Shown here one piece after another: positions 47,914 to 58,261 of a stretch of DNA of 64,000 nt; within the stretch, counting starts at the first letter, position 1; every line of letters starts with the position of its first letter. Both the position numbers and the translations under genes were made by a program. The notes beneath the pieces were generated by a model. It worked only from the letters and a program-made list of their open reading frames with translations. It made no database searches and was not told the origin of the DNA. The stretch comes from a candidate division WOR-3 bacterium (GTDB lineage Bacteria > Hydrothermota > 32-111). The stretch covers positions 736,001 to 800,000 of the forward strand of contig JBDRZU010000001.1 of assembly GCA_039804105.1 (NCBI GenBank). Reading direction: 5' to 3'.

Positions 47914-48965
47914 ATATACCTCTTAAAAATATCTTCTCCAATTTTTTTTTCTTCAACCTGTTTGAATTTTTTGTCTTTTAAAATTTTCTCTATGTTAAAT
48001 TTTATACCACTTTTTAATTCTTTGAAAGATTTATAGATCCACACTTCATCAACAACATTATTTTTCAATGAATCTAAAAAAACACTCTTTCCACCTTCAA
48101 TGATCAAAGAAATTATTTTATACTCACACAATCGATTTTTCACAAAATCCCAACTTTCCTTTTTATTCTTTACGAATATGTACTTTATATCTTTTTTATC
48201 GCTTAAAACAGTTTTGAACTTTTTTGAAACTATTATTAATTTCAACCTTTTTTTATCTTTAAAAACATTTTTCGAATAATCAAGTTTGTTACTAAAATCA
48301 AGGATAATTATTTTTGGTTTATAATTTTTTTCAATATTCCTTGTATCAAGTAAAGGATCATCAACATTTATAGTGTTTGAACCAATAAGTATACCATCAA
48401 CAGTAAACCTTCTTTTATGAAGATCCCTTCTTGATTCAAAACATGTTATATACCTTTCAGGTGAGTTTTTGGAATATATAAAATTATCTTTAGATAATGC
48501 AATCTTTAAAATTGTATATGTTTTTTTACATGTAATATATTCTTTAAAATATGGATTTAAACTTTTTACTTCTTCCTCACAAACTCCCACATCAACATCG
48601 TAACCAGCATCCTTTAAAATTTTTATAGATCTTCCATTTACAGAAGGATTAGGATCCTTCATTCCAATCACGATCCTTTTGAATGGTATCTGTTTTATCG
48701 TTTCAACACAGGGTGGTGTTTTTCCCCAAACAGAACATGGTTCAAGTGTGACATATAGTGTGGAATCAGCGAGTGATACAGGGGAAGAATTTATCGCTTC
48801 GATCTCTGCATGTGGTTTCCCCGATCCCCTGTGATAACCCTTTGAAACAATTTTTCCATCTTTAACAATTACAGCACCAACAAGTGGATTCGGGGAAGTT
48901 TTCCCTTTCGCTTTCTGTGCTAACTTTATAGCTTTTCTTATAAACTTTTCATCTTCTCTTAACAT
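47895..48965 (-). CDS. ribD: Bifunctional riboflavin deaminase/reductase
   Basis: PNPLVGAV, HAE, TLEPC, PPC, IEGG; start assumed at MLRED. Confidence 0.93.
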   Translation of the reverse strand: MLREDEKFIRKAIKLAQKAKGKTSPNPLVGAVIVKDGKIVSKGYHRGSGKPHAEIEAINSSPVSLADSTLYVTLEPCSVWGKTPPCVETIKQIPFKRIVIGMKDPNPSVNGRSIKILKDAGYDVDVGVCEEEVKSLNPYFKEYITCKKTYTILKIALSKDNFIYSKNSPERYITCFESRRDLHKRRFTVDGILIGSNTINVDDPLLDTRNIEKNYKPKIIILDFSNKLDYSKNVFKDKKRLKLIIVSKKFKTVLSDKKDIKYIFVKNKKESWDFVKNRLCEYKIISLIIEGGKSVFLDSLKNNVVDEVWIYKSFKELKSGIKFNIEKILKDKKFKQVEEKKIGEDIFKRYICLQES

Positions 48966-48990
48966 AAAAAACCCGATTTTACAATCGGGG
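48966..48990 (-). terminator. Riboswitch-controlled intrinsic terminator
   Basis: CCCGATT-GTAA-AATCGGG-TTTTTT on minus strand. Confidence 0.8.
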
Positions 48991-48997
48991 CTTATAA

Positions 48998-49104
48998 CTC
49001 CTTCTTCCATCCTGACTTTACAGTCGGCACCGTAATTTCAACGGTTCTGCTTTCGCTCGCGGGCTTTACCGCCGATCGGGATTTTCACCCAGCCCCGAAG
49101 GAAA
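48998..49104 (-). promoter_or_regulatory. FMN riboswitch (RFN element)
   Basis: TTCGGGGCTGGGTGAAAATCCCGATCGGCGGTAAAGCCCGCGAG...CCGACTGTAAAGTCAGGATGGAAGAAG upstream of the rib operon. Confidence 0.95.
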
Positions 49105-49108
49105 TATT

Positions 49109-49136
49109 ATTATAGTTTAAATTTATCATTAGTCAA
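49109..49136 (-). promoter_or_regulatory. Promoter of the rib operon
   Basis: TTGACT-16 bp-TATAAT just upstream of the aptamer. Confidence 0.7.
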
Positions 49137-49324
49137 TAAATATTTTATAAATCTTTCACAAAAATTATTAAACTTTTAAACCCTATCTTAAAAGAAGCAA
49201 TACGAATCAGAATATGTTAGAAAACTATATAAAATTTATTAAAATTTTCATTAATACTTTCAAATATACATTCTTTGATTGCAAAATTTCTTGTTAATTT
49301 CTTGACTTTTTTTGATATTCAATT

Positions 49325-50488
49325 ATGATTATTTTACAAATGAAAGAAGATAAGGGGAATATTTTTTACACTGAATTCAACTATGATAAACTCTATTGGC
49401 TGATAAATATAAGGACTTTACTTTTAATCTGTTTAACAATAATTTTTTCAATTTTATCAATATTTAAAATCAAAATCAATAACACATTTTCATCAGAGTA
49501 TTTACTTTTATGGCATATAATAGCACTTGCAATCAATTTTTTACTATATATTGATCTAAAATATCTTCAAAACAATAAACACCTGATTATGAATGAGGAA
49601 AATTTTAAATATATTGGAATGATTCAAATAGATTTTGACATTCTTTATACGATAGTTACAATTTTTCTTTCAGGAGGAATAAAATCTCCACTTCTTTTTC
49701 TGTTCATTTACAACATAATCACATCAAACTTTTTGATTCAGGATAGAAATACTTTCTTTTATACTCTTATATTGATAGTACTTATTTTCATCTCAGAGTT
49801 CAGATTCAAATTCAAGGACACTTTCCCATACATAGAGTATAAAACTTTGGAAAAGTTTGAAAATATGGTGTTGATCTCACTCATATTTTTTTTCCTCTTT
49901 TACCTTTCAAAATATGTATCAGAAAAACTGAAACAAAAACAGGAAGAATTGAACAAACTCTATCAGGAAACATACAAATTATCTATAACTGATAGATTAA
50001 CAGGCCTTTACGATCAAACATATTTCAGAGTCAGTGCTTCAGATGCTATTGAAATCGCAAAAATCAATAACAACAAACTTGCAATAGTTATGTTTGATAT
50101 CGACAATTTTAAAGAGTTCAACGATACTAATGGACATCTTATGGGTTCAAGGGCATTGGTCCAGATAGCACAGATTATGAAAAAAACTTTCAGAAAAACT
50201 GATATCCTTGGTAAATATGGAGGAGATGAGTTTATAATACTCTTAAAAGATATCGATGAAAATTATATAACATTTGTTCTTGAGAGATTCAAAAGTCAAA
50301 TAGAAAATTTTAATTTTAATCCAGAAACATCAAAGGTCTCACATTTAACTATTTCCATAGGTGTTTCTTTTTTCCCAAAAGATGGAGATAACCTTGATAC
50401 ACTTATCGATAAAGCAGATAAAGCGTTATATACTGCAAAAAATTTAGGTAAAAATAATCTATTCATTTTTGATGATAGTAAAAAGTAG
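49325..50488 (+). CDS. Membrane-bound diguanylate cyclase
   Basis: N-terminal TM helices; TDRLTGL, DIDNFK, RKTD I-site, YGGDEF; true start may be ATG 49340. Confidence 0.92.
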   Translation: MIILQMKEDKGNIFYTEFNYDKLYWLINIRTLLLICLTIIFSILSIFKIKINNTFSSEYLLLWHIIALAINFLLYIDLKYLQNNKHLIMNEENFKYIGMIQIDFDILYTIVTIFLSGGIKSPLLFLFIYNIITSNFLIQDRNTFFYTLILIVLIFISEFRFKFKDTFPYIEYKTLEKFENMVLISLIFFFLFYLSKYVSEKLKQKQEELNKLYQETYKLSITDRLTGLYDQTYFRVSASDAIEIAKINNNKLAIVMFDIDNFKEFNDTNGHLMGSRALVQIAQIMKKTFRKTDILGKYGGDEFIILLKDIDENYITFVLERFKSQIENFNFNPETSKVSHLTISIGVSFFPKDGDNLDTLIDKADKALYTAKNLGKNNLFIFDDSKK

Positions 50489-51949
50489 TTTTACGATATC
50501 AGGATCATAAAGTTTTCCAACATTTTCGTTGAATATTCCTTCTATATGCTTATCTGTCAGTTTAAAAATATCTTTAAAAACACAATATTCTCCAGCAACC
50601 CTGACTATTCTTGAGCCAACCGGAATTTTTTTACCGACGAGTTTATTAAAACCCGTTCCATCATAGTTTTCGTAAAGAAATTTAATAATCTTTTGTGCAT
50701 CTTCAAGCATCACAAGGGGTGCTATAATGTCTGCACCAGAAACGATTGCCTGTTTGATCTCAAGTGATTTTTCAGGGTCAAAGTATGTTGGTGCATTGAA
50801 GATTTCCTTTGGTTTACTCAAAAGTCCAAGCAGATGCAATAAAGCAGAATACTGAATATCCCTTATCTCATCATCAGAAAGTTCCATCCTTTTTGCTATT
50901 TTAACTGAAAGTGCTGAAACTTTTTCACTGTGTTTTTTTAAACCAGGGAATATCCTATCTTCAAGGTATAAAAAAGCGATCAAAGATTCAAGATAACTTC
51001 TTCTTGAATCCTCAAAAAATTTTGCGGATGCAAGTGAATTCGTGATAACAATTCTTGCAATCTCAAAAAGAACAATCTTTTCATCTTTGATTTTCAATGA
51101 ATCTATTTCAAATATAAAAACTCCTATGATCAGTTTTCCTAAAAATATTGGTAAAGTAACCGTTGAATTATCCTTAATACCTTTAAGAGAGTATCCAATA
51201 TTTATTTTTGAAGATTTAAAATATTCGATAAACTGGGTCTTGTTTATTTTGGTTCCTACAGGAAACTCTTTTTCAAAATTTCTTTCTTTTTTTACAACAA
51301 AATCTCCACTCTTTTCATCAAACAATAAAAGCACTAAAGAGTGAGGATTAAAAATTGAATCAAGTTTTTCAAAAATGTTTAAAGAATTCGATTCAAAAGA
51401 TTTTATCACAGAGATCATTTCAGAGAAAGTTTTTAGTTCCTCGATGCTTTTTAAAAGTTCTTTTAGATAATTATCAAGTTTTTCCTTTTGTTCTGATACC
51501 AGCTGGTTAGTATTTAACAATTCCTCATTCATCTTTTGAATGTCAGCACTTAACCGTTCTTTATCTAAAAGTAACTGTCTTTTTTCATAAGCGTTTCTGA
51601 TAACAAGTAACATTGTGTCAGCCGTGAATGGCTTTGATACAAAATCGTAAGCACCACTCCTTATGCAGGTCATTGCAAGATTTATATCTATTGTTGCTGA
51701 GATTACTATTATAGGTGAAAAAGGATTTTCTATCGAAAAACTTGTTATGAAATCAAATACATCTGTTCCAGGTAATGAGAGATCAACTATTATCAAAGAA
51801 TAATTATTTAACGATAAAAGATTTTTAAACTGTACACCATCCGTTGCAATATCAACATCAACACTATCCTTCTTTTCATACTCGATAATTTTTTTTAAAA
51901 AATTTGCGACAGTGATTTCACCATCAGCAACTAATATCTTTTCTTTCAT
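50459..51949 (-). CDS. Response regulator: REC + coiled coil + GAF-like + degenerate HD-GYP domain
   Basis: IIVDLSLP, VSKPF; HSEKV, ALLHLLG, LYENYDGTGF, IPVGSRIV. Confidence 0.82.
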   Translation of the reverse strand: MKEKILVADGEITVANFLKKIIEYEKKDSVDVDIATDGVQFKNLLSLNNYSLIIVDLSLPGTDVFDFITSFSIENPFSPIIVISATIDINLAMTCIRSGAYDFVSKPFTADTMLLVIRNAYEKRQLLLDKERLSADIQKMNEELLNTNQLVSEQKEKLDNYLKELLKSIEELKTFSEMISVIKSFESNSLNIFEKLDSIFNPHSLVLLLFDEKSGDFVVKKERNFEKEFPVGTKINKTQFIEYFKSSKINIGYSLKGIKDNSTVTLPIFLGKLIIGVFIFEIDSLKIKDEKIVLFEIARIVITNSLASAKFFEDSRRSYLESLIAFLYLEDRIFPGLKKHSEKVSALSVKIAKRMELSDDEIRDIQYSALLHLLGLLSKPKEIFNAPTYFDPEKSLEIKQAIVSGADIIAPLVMLEDAQKIIKFLYENYDGTGFNKLVGKKIPVGSRIVRVAGEYCVFKDIFKLTDKHIEGIFNENVGKLYDPDIVKLLFTIIKNE

Positions 51950-51950
51950 T

Positions 51951-54900
51951 TTAACTGTTCAAAGGCAATTTTATTACAAAAGATACACCATTTTCTCTGT
52001 TAACAGCGAATATTGTCCCATTGTGTTCCTTTATAATATTAAAGGAGATTGCAAGACCGAGTCCTGTGCCACCACTCTTCGTTGTGAAAAACGGTGCAAA
52101 AATTTTTGAGAGATTCTCCTCAGGAATTTTTGGACCATCGTTATAAATATCTATAACAAGAAAATTGTCTTCTTTTTTAATCGAAATTTCAATATGACCA
52201 TTCTTTCCAATCGATTGGACAGCATTCAAAAGTATATTCATAAAAACTTCGATCATCTGTTCCTCATCAACCATTATCTCCTGAATATCCTCATTTATGT
52301 TAACATTCAGAGATATGTTCGTTTCTTCAAGTTTATTTTTTACCATCTCAACCGCATGATTTAAAACATCGAGAATGTTCACCTTTGAAAGTAGCACAGT
52401 TTTTGCCTTTGCAAAAGATGTCATATCGTTCACAAGCCTGTCCAATCTTTTGACCTCTTTTATCACAAGATCTATTGACTCAGTGAGTATATCATCATCT
52501 TTAAGTCGCATCTTTAAAAATTCCATTCCAGTTAAAATACCTGAAAGAGGATTTTTTATCTCATGCGCCATACCAGCTGCCATCTGTCCAAGCATCGCAA
52601 GGTTCTCTTTTGCTTTCAATTCATTCTGAATCTTTTTGATTTCAGAAAGATCTTGAATTATACATACGAGTTCAAGATCCTTTTCGAATTTTATAGGTGT
52701 AATACTTATACCACAGGGTACACTCCCCCTCTTCTTGCTTTTTAAAATTATTTCATCTCTGAATAAAGGTTTTTCACTTTTAATAACATTATCTATTATT
52801 CCATTTTTATCCTCAAAAAGATCAAGATAATGCATGTTGAAAATCTCATCAGGTTCATATTCACCGATTTTTAAAAGTGAATTGTTAAAATGTATAACCT
52901 TTCCATTTCTATCTATATAAACAACACCAGAAGGTATGTTGTTCAAAATCAGATCAGAAATCTGCAAATCCTTAGAGGATTCTTCAAACCTTGAGATTGC
53001 TATGATCGCTGTGTTTGCAAGAGTTTCAAGAAACTGTTTATCCGACTCAGAAAAATATCCACTCTTTTTGTTATCAACACACAAGACCCCAATCGTTCTA
53101 CCAAGAAACTTTAAAGGAACATTTATAAGATTTTCTACTTTATAATATTTTGATAAAGATTTTATCGGTTTAAAATATTCACTCTTAGTCACATCATTTA
53201 AAATCAAAGAGTTTCCAGTTTTATAAACATATCCAGCAGCACTTTCTGACATATCCTTTACCTTTTTCAATTTTTCGATTTCTATGCCCAAAGATGCTTT
53301 GAAAACAAGTCTCCCACTCTCCTGAAAAAGAAGGGAAGCATAGGTCCCATCAACGATTTTAACAGCAGATTCAAGAAGATATTTGAAAAACTCTTCAATA
53401 CTTTTTACATAAATGAGTTTTTCAGTCAGATTGCTAATAATGTTATACTGCTTCAATTTTCTTTCATTTTCATCAAACAGTAATGCACTTTCAAATTTGA
53501 TATAAAGTTCTTGAACGATAGCGTTAAAAGTATAATCATATATTTTTGTTTTAAGGTTATTATCTGAAAAAACGATCAGGAGGAATTTATCCTTTTTGTT
53601 AACAAAAATGGGTAAAACTGTTGCATACCGTATCTCTTTTTTAAAAAATGATTTACTAATTTTTGGATCATCAAAAAAGTTTGTAACACTCTGATTTATC
53701 TCTTGTTCAAAATAATATTTTTTCTTATCCAAAAGTATAGTTTTTAGTTGTTCGTTTTCAAAATATGTTTCTTTTATTTGATAACTTTCATCTTCATTTT
53801 TTTCAAGAAGTAATGTCACTTTACTTTTAAGCAAACTTCCTAAAGTTGCGGTAACTATTTTTGAAAGAAATTTTAGATTCAAAGAACTTCTTAAACTCGT
53901 AAAAATTTTGTACAGAATCGTCAACTGTTCAATCTTGTTTTCCGAGTCCATCTGTAAAAGAAGAGATTTTATAAAACTTGCTGAATTGTTCGAAATTATT
54001 TTAACAAGTTCAAAATCTTTTTCAGTAAAAGGAATCTTTCCAAACCTTGTCAACATTAGAACACCAACAAGTTCACCCTTGAAAATTATCGGTACACATA
54101 TACCTGCCTGTGATTGTTTTTTATAACCTTTTGTGTATTCAATGTTAGGAAACTTTAAAAGATCGTCAAGCATTAAAGGTTCTTTTGTGAGAGCAACTGT
54201 TCCAGAAATACCTTTTCCAACAAAAAAATCTCTCTCCATCAATTCTTTTTCATCTATACCTATCGCCGAAACAGCTCTTAGTTTATCCTCTTCAGTTTTT
54301 ACCAGTATAAAACCTCTATCAGCGTTTATCTCTGAAATTAAAAATTCAAGAAGGTTTCTGAAACTTTTTTTATAATCTTTATCCTGTGATAATATTTTTG
54401 AAACTTTTAATATCACTTCAAGTTTTTTCAAACTTTCATTCTTTTCTTCATAAAGATACGATTTATCAAATATATTTCCAACCTGTTCGTAAAATGTTTG
54501 TATAAAATCCTTTTTAAACCTGTCATTTGCAACATCTTCTGTAAACTCAGTGATTATCTTTCCAAACATCTTTTTGTTATAAATTATAGGCAAATAAATT
54601 ATATTCTTTATATTTTTCTTAACTTTTAATTCGTTTAATTTTGCTCCATAATAATATATTACATTTTCATCTCTTAAATTTTTAAAATGATCCAAATGCT
54701 TGCTCTTTATTTTGTTTAAATCAAAAGTTGTAACATCAAGTTTAAACTGTTCATCTTTTAAAACATCTACATAATAAACATTTTTCGGTTTAAGATTTTT
54801 AAAATAGTATTTCAAAACCTGAGGAATTAAAACTTTTATATCAATATTTGAAGAAAAAAGGTTGTTCAAATTATTCACAATTTCTGTCTTCTTTTGAACG

Positions 54901-55898
54901 AAATAATACTCTTCTTCAATCATTTTTTTCTCGGTAATATCCTCTATCAAAATCACAACTCCAACACATCTTCCATTCTCTATCAAAGGATATCCATAAA
55001 GATTTTGAACGAGTTCTTTTTTTAGCCTTGTGGAATACCTTTTAACTCCAAGCATCCTTCTCGTCTTTTTTGTCTCTATTATTTCAGAAAGTATTTTATC
55101 GAGTTTCAATTCGAGTAGATCAGGGAAAAGGTCAAAAATATTTTTACCTATCATCTCAGAGTTGGTGAATTTATACTTTTCCGCTGTAAATTTGTTAAAC
55201 TTGATTATATTACCTTCCCTGTCAAGAACAATGATTCCCTGTGCAATAGCATCAAAGACAAGATTCTGAATCCTTTTTAAACCTTCGATCTCTTTTGTCC
55301 AAATCTCCTTTTCTTTGAGATCATAAATTATCACAATAGAATAATCTTCCCATGGAAAGATACTGACTTTTACAGAACTGGAATTTCCATTTACATCATA
55401 CATTTCTATGAAAAGTTCCTGTTTTATCTTCTTTTTTAACGATATTATTGTTTTTTCTAGATAGTCAGGCAAAACATACTCACTGAAATATGTCGCATTA
55501 CCTAAATATGTATCCCCATATTTTATCTGAAATGATTGGTTTGAAAGGATAACCTTTAAATCTTTATCAAGAAAACATACAGCAGAATCTATACTATCAA
55601 GGAGTTCTGCGAGAAGGTATATATCCATTATGGAAGAAGTGTTCACTTCGTTTTTAAAAAATATGATGATCTTTTCATAGTTCGGGAAATTAAAGTAAAT
55701 GTATTCACCGAAAGTACTATAGATAAAAATATCCCTTTTAAATTTTATCGATGATAAAAATCTTTTAATATCAAAATCTTTTTCAACAAAATTCTCTTTA
55801 CGGTAATCTGATACCACCCTCCCATCATAGGTTGACAAAATAAATGAAATATTTTTTAATTTTAAAAAATCAAGAAAAGATACTAAAACATTTCTCAT
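51951..55898 (-). CDS. Cytoplasmic multi-sensor PAS/GAF histidine kinase
   Basis: Several PAS and GAF segments; AHEIKNPL H-box, NILLNAVQ, DG, FFTTKSGGTGLGL. Confidence 0.92.
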   Translation of the reverse strand: MRNVLVSFLDFLKLKNISFILSTYDGRVVSDYRKENFVEKDFDIKRFLSSIKFKRDIFIYSTFGEYIYFNFPNYEKIIIFFKNEVNTSSIMDIYLLAELLDSIDSAVCFLDKDLKVILSNQSFQIKYGDTYLGNATYFSEYVLPDYLEKTIISLKKKIKQELFIEMYDVNGNSSSVKVSIFPWEDYSIVIIYDLKEKEIWTKEIEGLKRIQNLVFDAIAQGIIVLDREGNIIKFNKFTAEKYKFTNSEMIGKNIFDLFPDLLELKLDKILSEIIETKKTRRMLGVKRYSTRLKKELVQNLYGYPLIENGRCVGVVILIEDITEKKMIEEEYYFVQKKTEIVNNLNNLFSSNIDIKVLIPQVLKYYFKNLKPKNVYYVDVLKDEQFKLDVTTFDLNKIKSKHLDHFKNLRDENVIYYYGAKLNELKVKKNIKNIIYLPIIYNKKMFGKIITEFTEDVANDRFKKDFIQTFYEQVGNIFDKSYLYEEKNESLKKLEVILKVSKILSQDKDYKKSFRNLLEFLISEINADRGFILVKTEEDKLRAVSAIGIDEKELMERDFFVGKGISGTVALTKEPLMLDDLLKFPNIEYTKGYKKQSQAGICVPIIFKGELVGVLMLTRFGKIPFTEKDFELVKIISNNSASFIKSLLLQMDSENKIEQLTILYKIFTSLRSSLNLKFLSKIVTATLGSLLKSKVTLLLEKNEDESYQIKETYFENEQLKTILLDKKKYYFEQEINQSVTNFFDDPKISKSFFKKEIRYATVLPIFVNKKDKFLLIVFSDNNLKTKIYDYTFNAIVQELYIKFESALLFDENERKLKQYNIISNLTEKLIYVKSIEEFFKYLLESAVKIVDGTYASLLFQESGRLVFKASLGIEIEKLKKVKDMSESAAGYVYKTGNSLILNDVTKSEYFKPIKSLSKYYKVENLINVPLKFLGRTIGVLCVDNKKSGYFSESDKQFLETLANTAIIAISRFEESSKDLQISDLILNNIPSGVVYIDRNGKVIHFNNSLLKIGEYEPDEIFNMHYLDLFEDKNGIIDNVIKSEKPLFRDEIILKSKKRGSVPCGISITPIKFEKDLELVCIIQDLSEIKKIQNELKAKENLAMLGQMAAGMAHEIKNPLSGILTGMEFLKMRLKDDDILTESIDLVIKEVKRLDRLVNDMTSFAKAKTVLLSKVNILDVLNHAVEMVKNKLEETNISLNVNINEDIQEIMVDEEQMIEVFMNILLNAVQSIGKNGHIEISIKKEDNFLVIDIYNDGPKIPEENLSKIFAPFFTTKSGGTGLGLAISFNIIKEHNGTIFAVNRENGVSFVIKLPLNS

Positions 55899-55906
55899 AA
55901 TCTTCC

Positions 55907-56164
55907 CTATATATTTATTAGATTTTCTAAATGTTTTTTTGCATCAACATTGTTTCTATCGATTTCCAAAACTTTTTTAAAACATTCCTTTGCTTTTTCG
56001 ATATCGTTTATACTTTCATAAACTATTCCAAGGTTATAATATATATCAGTATCATCGGGAAACAAGGTTAACCCCTCCTCAAAAATTTGTATCGCTTTTT
56101 TGAAGTTCTGGTTCTGGAAATAAAAAAAACCTGCTTCTAGAATTTTTTCTTTATCCGGTTCCAT
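55907..56164 (-). CDS. Small TPR protein
   Basis: IYYNLGIVYESINDIEKAKECFKKVLEID. Confidence 0.8.
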   Translation of the reverse strand: MEPDKEKILEAGFFYFQNQNFKKAIQIFEEGLTLFPDDTDIYYNLGIVYESINDIEKAKECFKKVLEIDRNNVDAKKHLENLINI

Positions 56165-56176
56165 TGTTTAATAATA

Positions 56177-56872
56177 TTATAAATTTTCAATCTTTTCAAG
56201 ATCTTCCTTCAAACCGATCATAACAAGTATATCACCTTCAATTATTCTTTCCTTTGGAGATGGTGATATTATCGTATCTTCTTCAAAACTGAGTTTGTAC
56301 GAATCTGTTGTGGATGGCTGTTTCCTTTTGATCGCTATTATGTTTATATCATATCTTTTTCTTATATCTATCTCTTCGATGGTTTTTCCCACAAAAACTT
56401 CTGGTGTTTTTATCTCAACAAGATTGTAGGAAGGGGAAAGTTCGATGATGTCAAAAATTGATGGAGAGATAAGGGTATTAGCAAGTCGATCTGCACTTTC
56501 AAGTTCTGGATATATTATTCTGTCAACACCAATCTTTTCAAGTACTTTTCCATGTTTTTGATCACTCGCTTTAGCAATAACCTTTCTTATTTTTAAGTCC
56601 TCTTTTAAAAATGAAGAAAGAAGTATGCTTGTTGCTATATCCTTTATAGCGATAACTGCAACATCAACATCCATAAGTCCAACCTCTTTTAATCCTTTTT
56701 CATCTAATGCATTCAACTGTATCGCATGCGTAACCTTATTTGAAATATCGTCAATCTTACTCTCATCAGAATCTATAGCTATTACCTCATAACCTTTCTC
56801 TGAAAGTTTTGTTGCAACATGATACCCAAAACTGCTAAGCCCTATAACTGCAAAAAACTTTTTATCAGACAT
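56177..56872 (-). CDS. ktrA: Trk/Ktr potassium uptake NAD-binding subunit
   Basis: FAVIGLSSFG, RCK N and C domains. Confidence 0.88.
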   Translation of the reverse strand: MSDKKFFAVIGLSSFGYHVATKLSEKGYEVIAIDSDESKIDDISNKVTHAIQLNALDEKGLKEVGLMDVDVAVIAIKDIATSILLSSFLKEDLKIRKVIAKASDQKHGKVLEKIGVDRIIYPELESADRLANTLISPSIFDIIELSPSYNLVEIKTPEVFVGKTIEEIDIRKRYDINIIAIKRKQPSTTDSYKLSFEEDTIISPSPKERIIEGDILVMIGLKEDLEKIENL

Positions 56873-56881
56873 AAAACCTCC

Positions 56882-58261
56882 TTATCCAACAAGGATCTTT
56901 GCCTTTGGATACTGGAACGAATCTCTTCTATCTTTTGTTAAAAAGATATTCACAGCAGTCAAAACTCCAACCCTTCCAATAAGCATCACAAACATTATTA
57001 CAAACTTTCCCAAAGGAGTAAAATTCGCAACGAGTGAAACATTTGAAATCTTTCCACCCAAAGATAAACCAACCGTTCCATACGCTGAAACGACTTCAAA
57101 AATCACTCTAAAAGGTTCCTCATGTTCACTTATAAGAAGGATCAAGATCGCAAAAACAACAATGAATATCGTAATTGTAAATATAAAATATGACTTCATT
57201 ATCATTTCCTCATCCACCCTTCTTTTGAAAATGTTGAGATTTCTTCTTCCTTTGAGATTGTTTATCATATAAGTGACAACAAGATAAAAAGTTGTTGTCT
57301 TTATACCACCACCGGTTCCTCCGGGAGATGCACCTATAAACATAAGTATTATCAAAAGAAAGATTGATGAACTCTTCAACAAAGCAAAATCAATAGTATT
57401 AAAACCCGCTGTTCTTGGAGTTACAACCTGAAACAAAGAGTTAAAAATTTTTCCAAAAATATCAAGTTCTTTTAAGGAGGAGTTACTTTCAAAAATAAAA
57501 AATAAAAGAAAAGGAATCACGATGAGTAGAGAAGTCATTATTATCACTATTTTTGTATGGTTCTCGAATTTTTTATAATAAAATCTATTTTTATACACAT
57601 CTCTTACAACGATAAATCCAATTCCTCCCACCACGATCAATAAGATAACCGTTAAAATTATAATCGGATCATTTCTAAAATTAAAAAGGTTTGTCGAAAA
57701 AGTTGAAAAACCTGCATTACAAAAAGATGATATTGAATGAAAAATAGAACAGAATATCGCTTCTGGAACATCTCCAATAATCTGAACAAACCTGAAAAAC
57801 ATTATTACACTTCCTAAAAGTTCCATTGAGAAAACAAACAATAAGAGTTTTAAAATATAATTTTTGATCTCTTTACTGGAGAATTTCTGAAATTCTTGAA
57901 GAGTTTGAAACCTGATATTCGAATCAACCCTTTTCGCTATCGCAAGTGTAAAAAAAGTTGAAATCATAATATATCCAAGTCCACCCACCTGGATCAAAAG
58001 TAAAATTATAAGTTTTCCAAAAGGTGAGAAAAATGTTGCCGTGTCTTTGACTATCAAACCTGTTACACACACAGCAGAGGTTGAAGTAAAAAGTGCATCT
58101 ATAAAATTTATATTAACTTTAGGATCATTTAGAGAAATAGGCAGAGAAAGAAGGAGTGCTCCAGAAATTATAAAAACAATATATCCAAAAATTATCACCA
58201 AAGAAGGGTTCACCTTTTTTACCGTGAAATCATTTTCAAAATAATATTTTTGCTGTTTCAT
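56882..58261 (-). CDS. ktrB: Trk/Ktr potassium uptake membrane subunit
   Basis: SAVCVTGL, FCNAGF, PRTAGF, SAYGTVGLS selectivity loops. Confidence 0.9.
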   Translation of the reverse strand: MKQQKYYFENDFTVKKVNPSLVIIFGYIVFIISGALLLSLPISLNDPKVNINFIDALFTSTSAVCVTGLIVKDTATFFSPFGKLIILLLIQVGGLGYIMISTFFTLAIAKRVDSNIRFQTLQEFQKFSSKEIKNYILKLLLFVFSMELLGSVIMFFRFVQIIGDVPEAIFCSIFHSISSFCNAGFSTFSTNLFNFRNDPIIILTVILLIVVGGIGFIVVRDVYKNRFYYKKFENHTKIVIIMTSLLIVIPFLLFFIFESNSSLKELDIFGKIFNSLFQVVTPRTAGFNTIDFALLKSSSIFLLIILMFIGASPGGTGGGIKTTTFYLVVTYMINNLKGRRNLNIFKRRVDEEMIMKSYFIFTITIFIVVFAILILLISEHEEPFRVIFEVVSAYGTVGLSLGGKISNVSLVANFTPLGKFVIMFVMLIGRVGVLTAVNIFLTKDRRDSFQYPKAKILVG

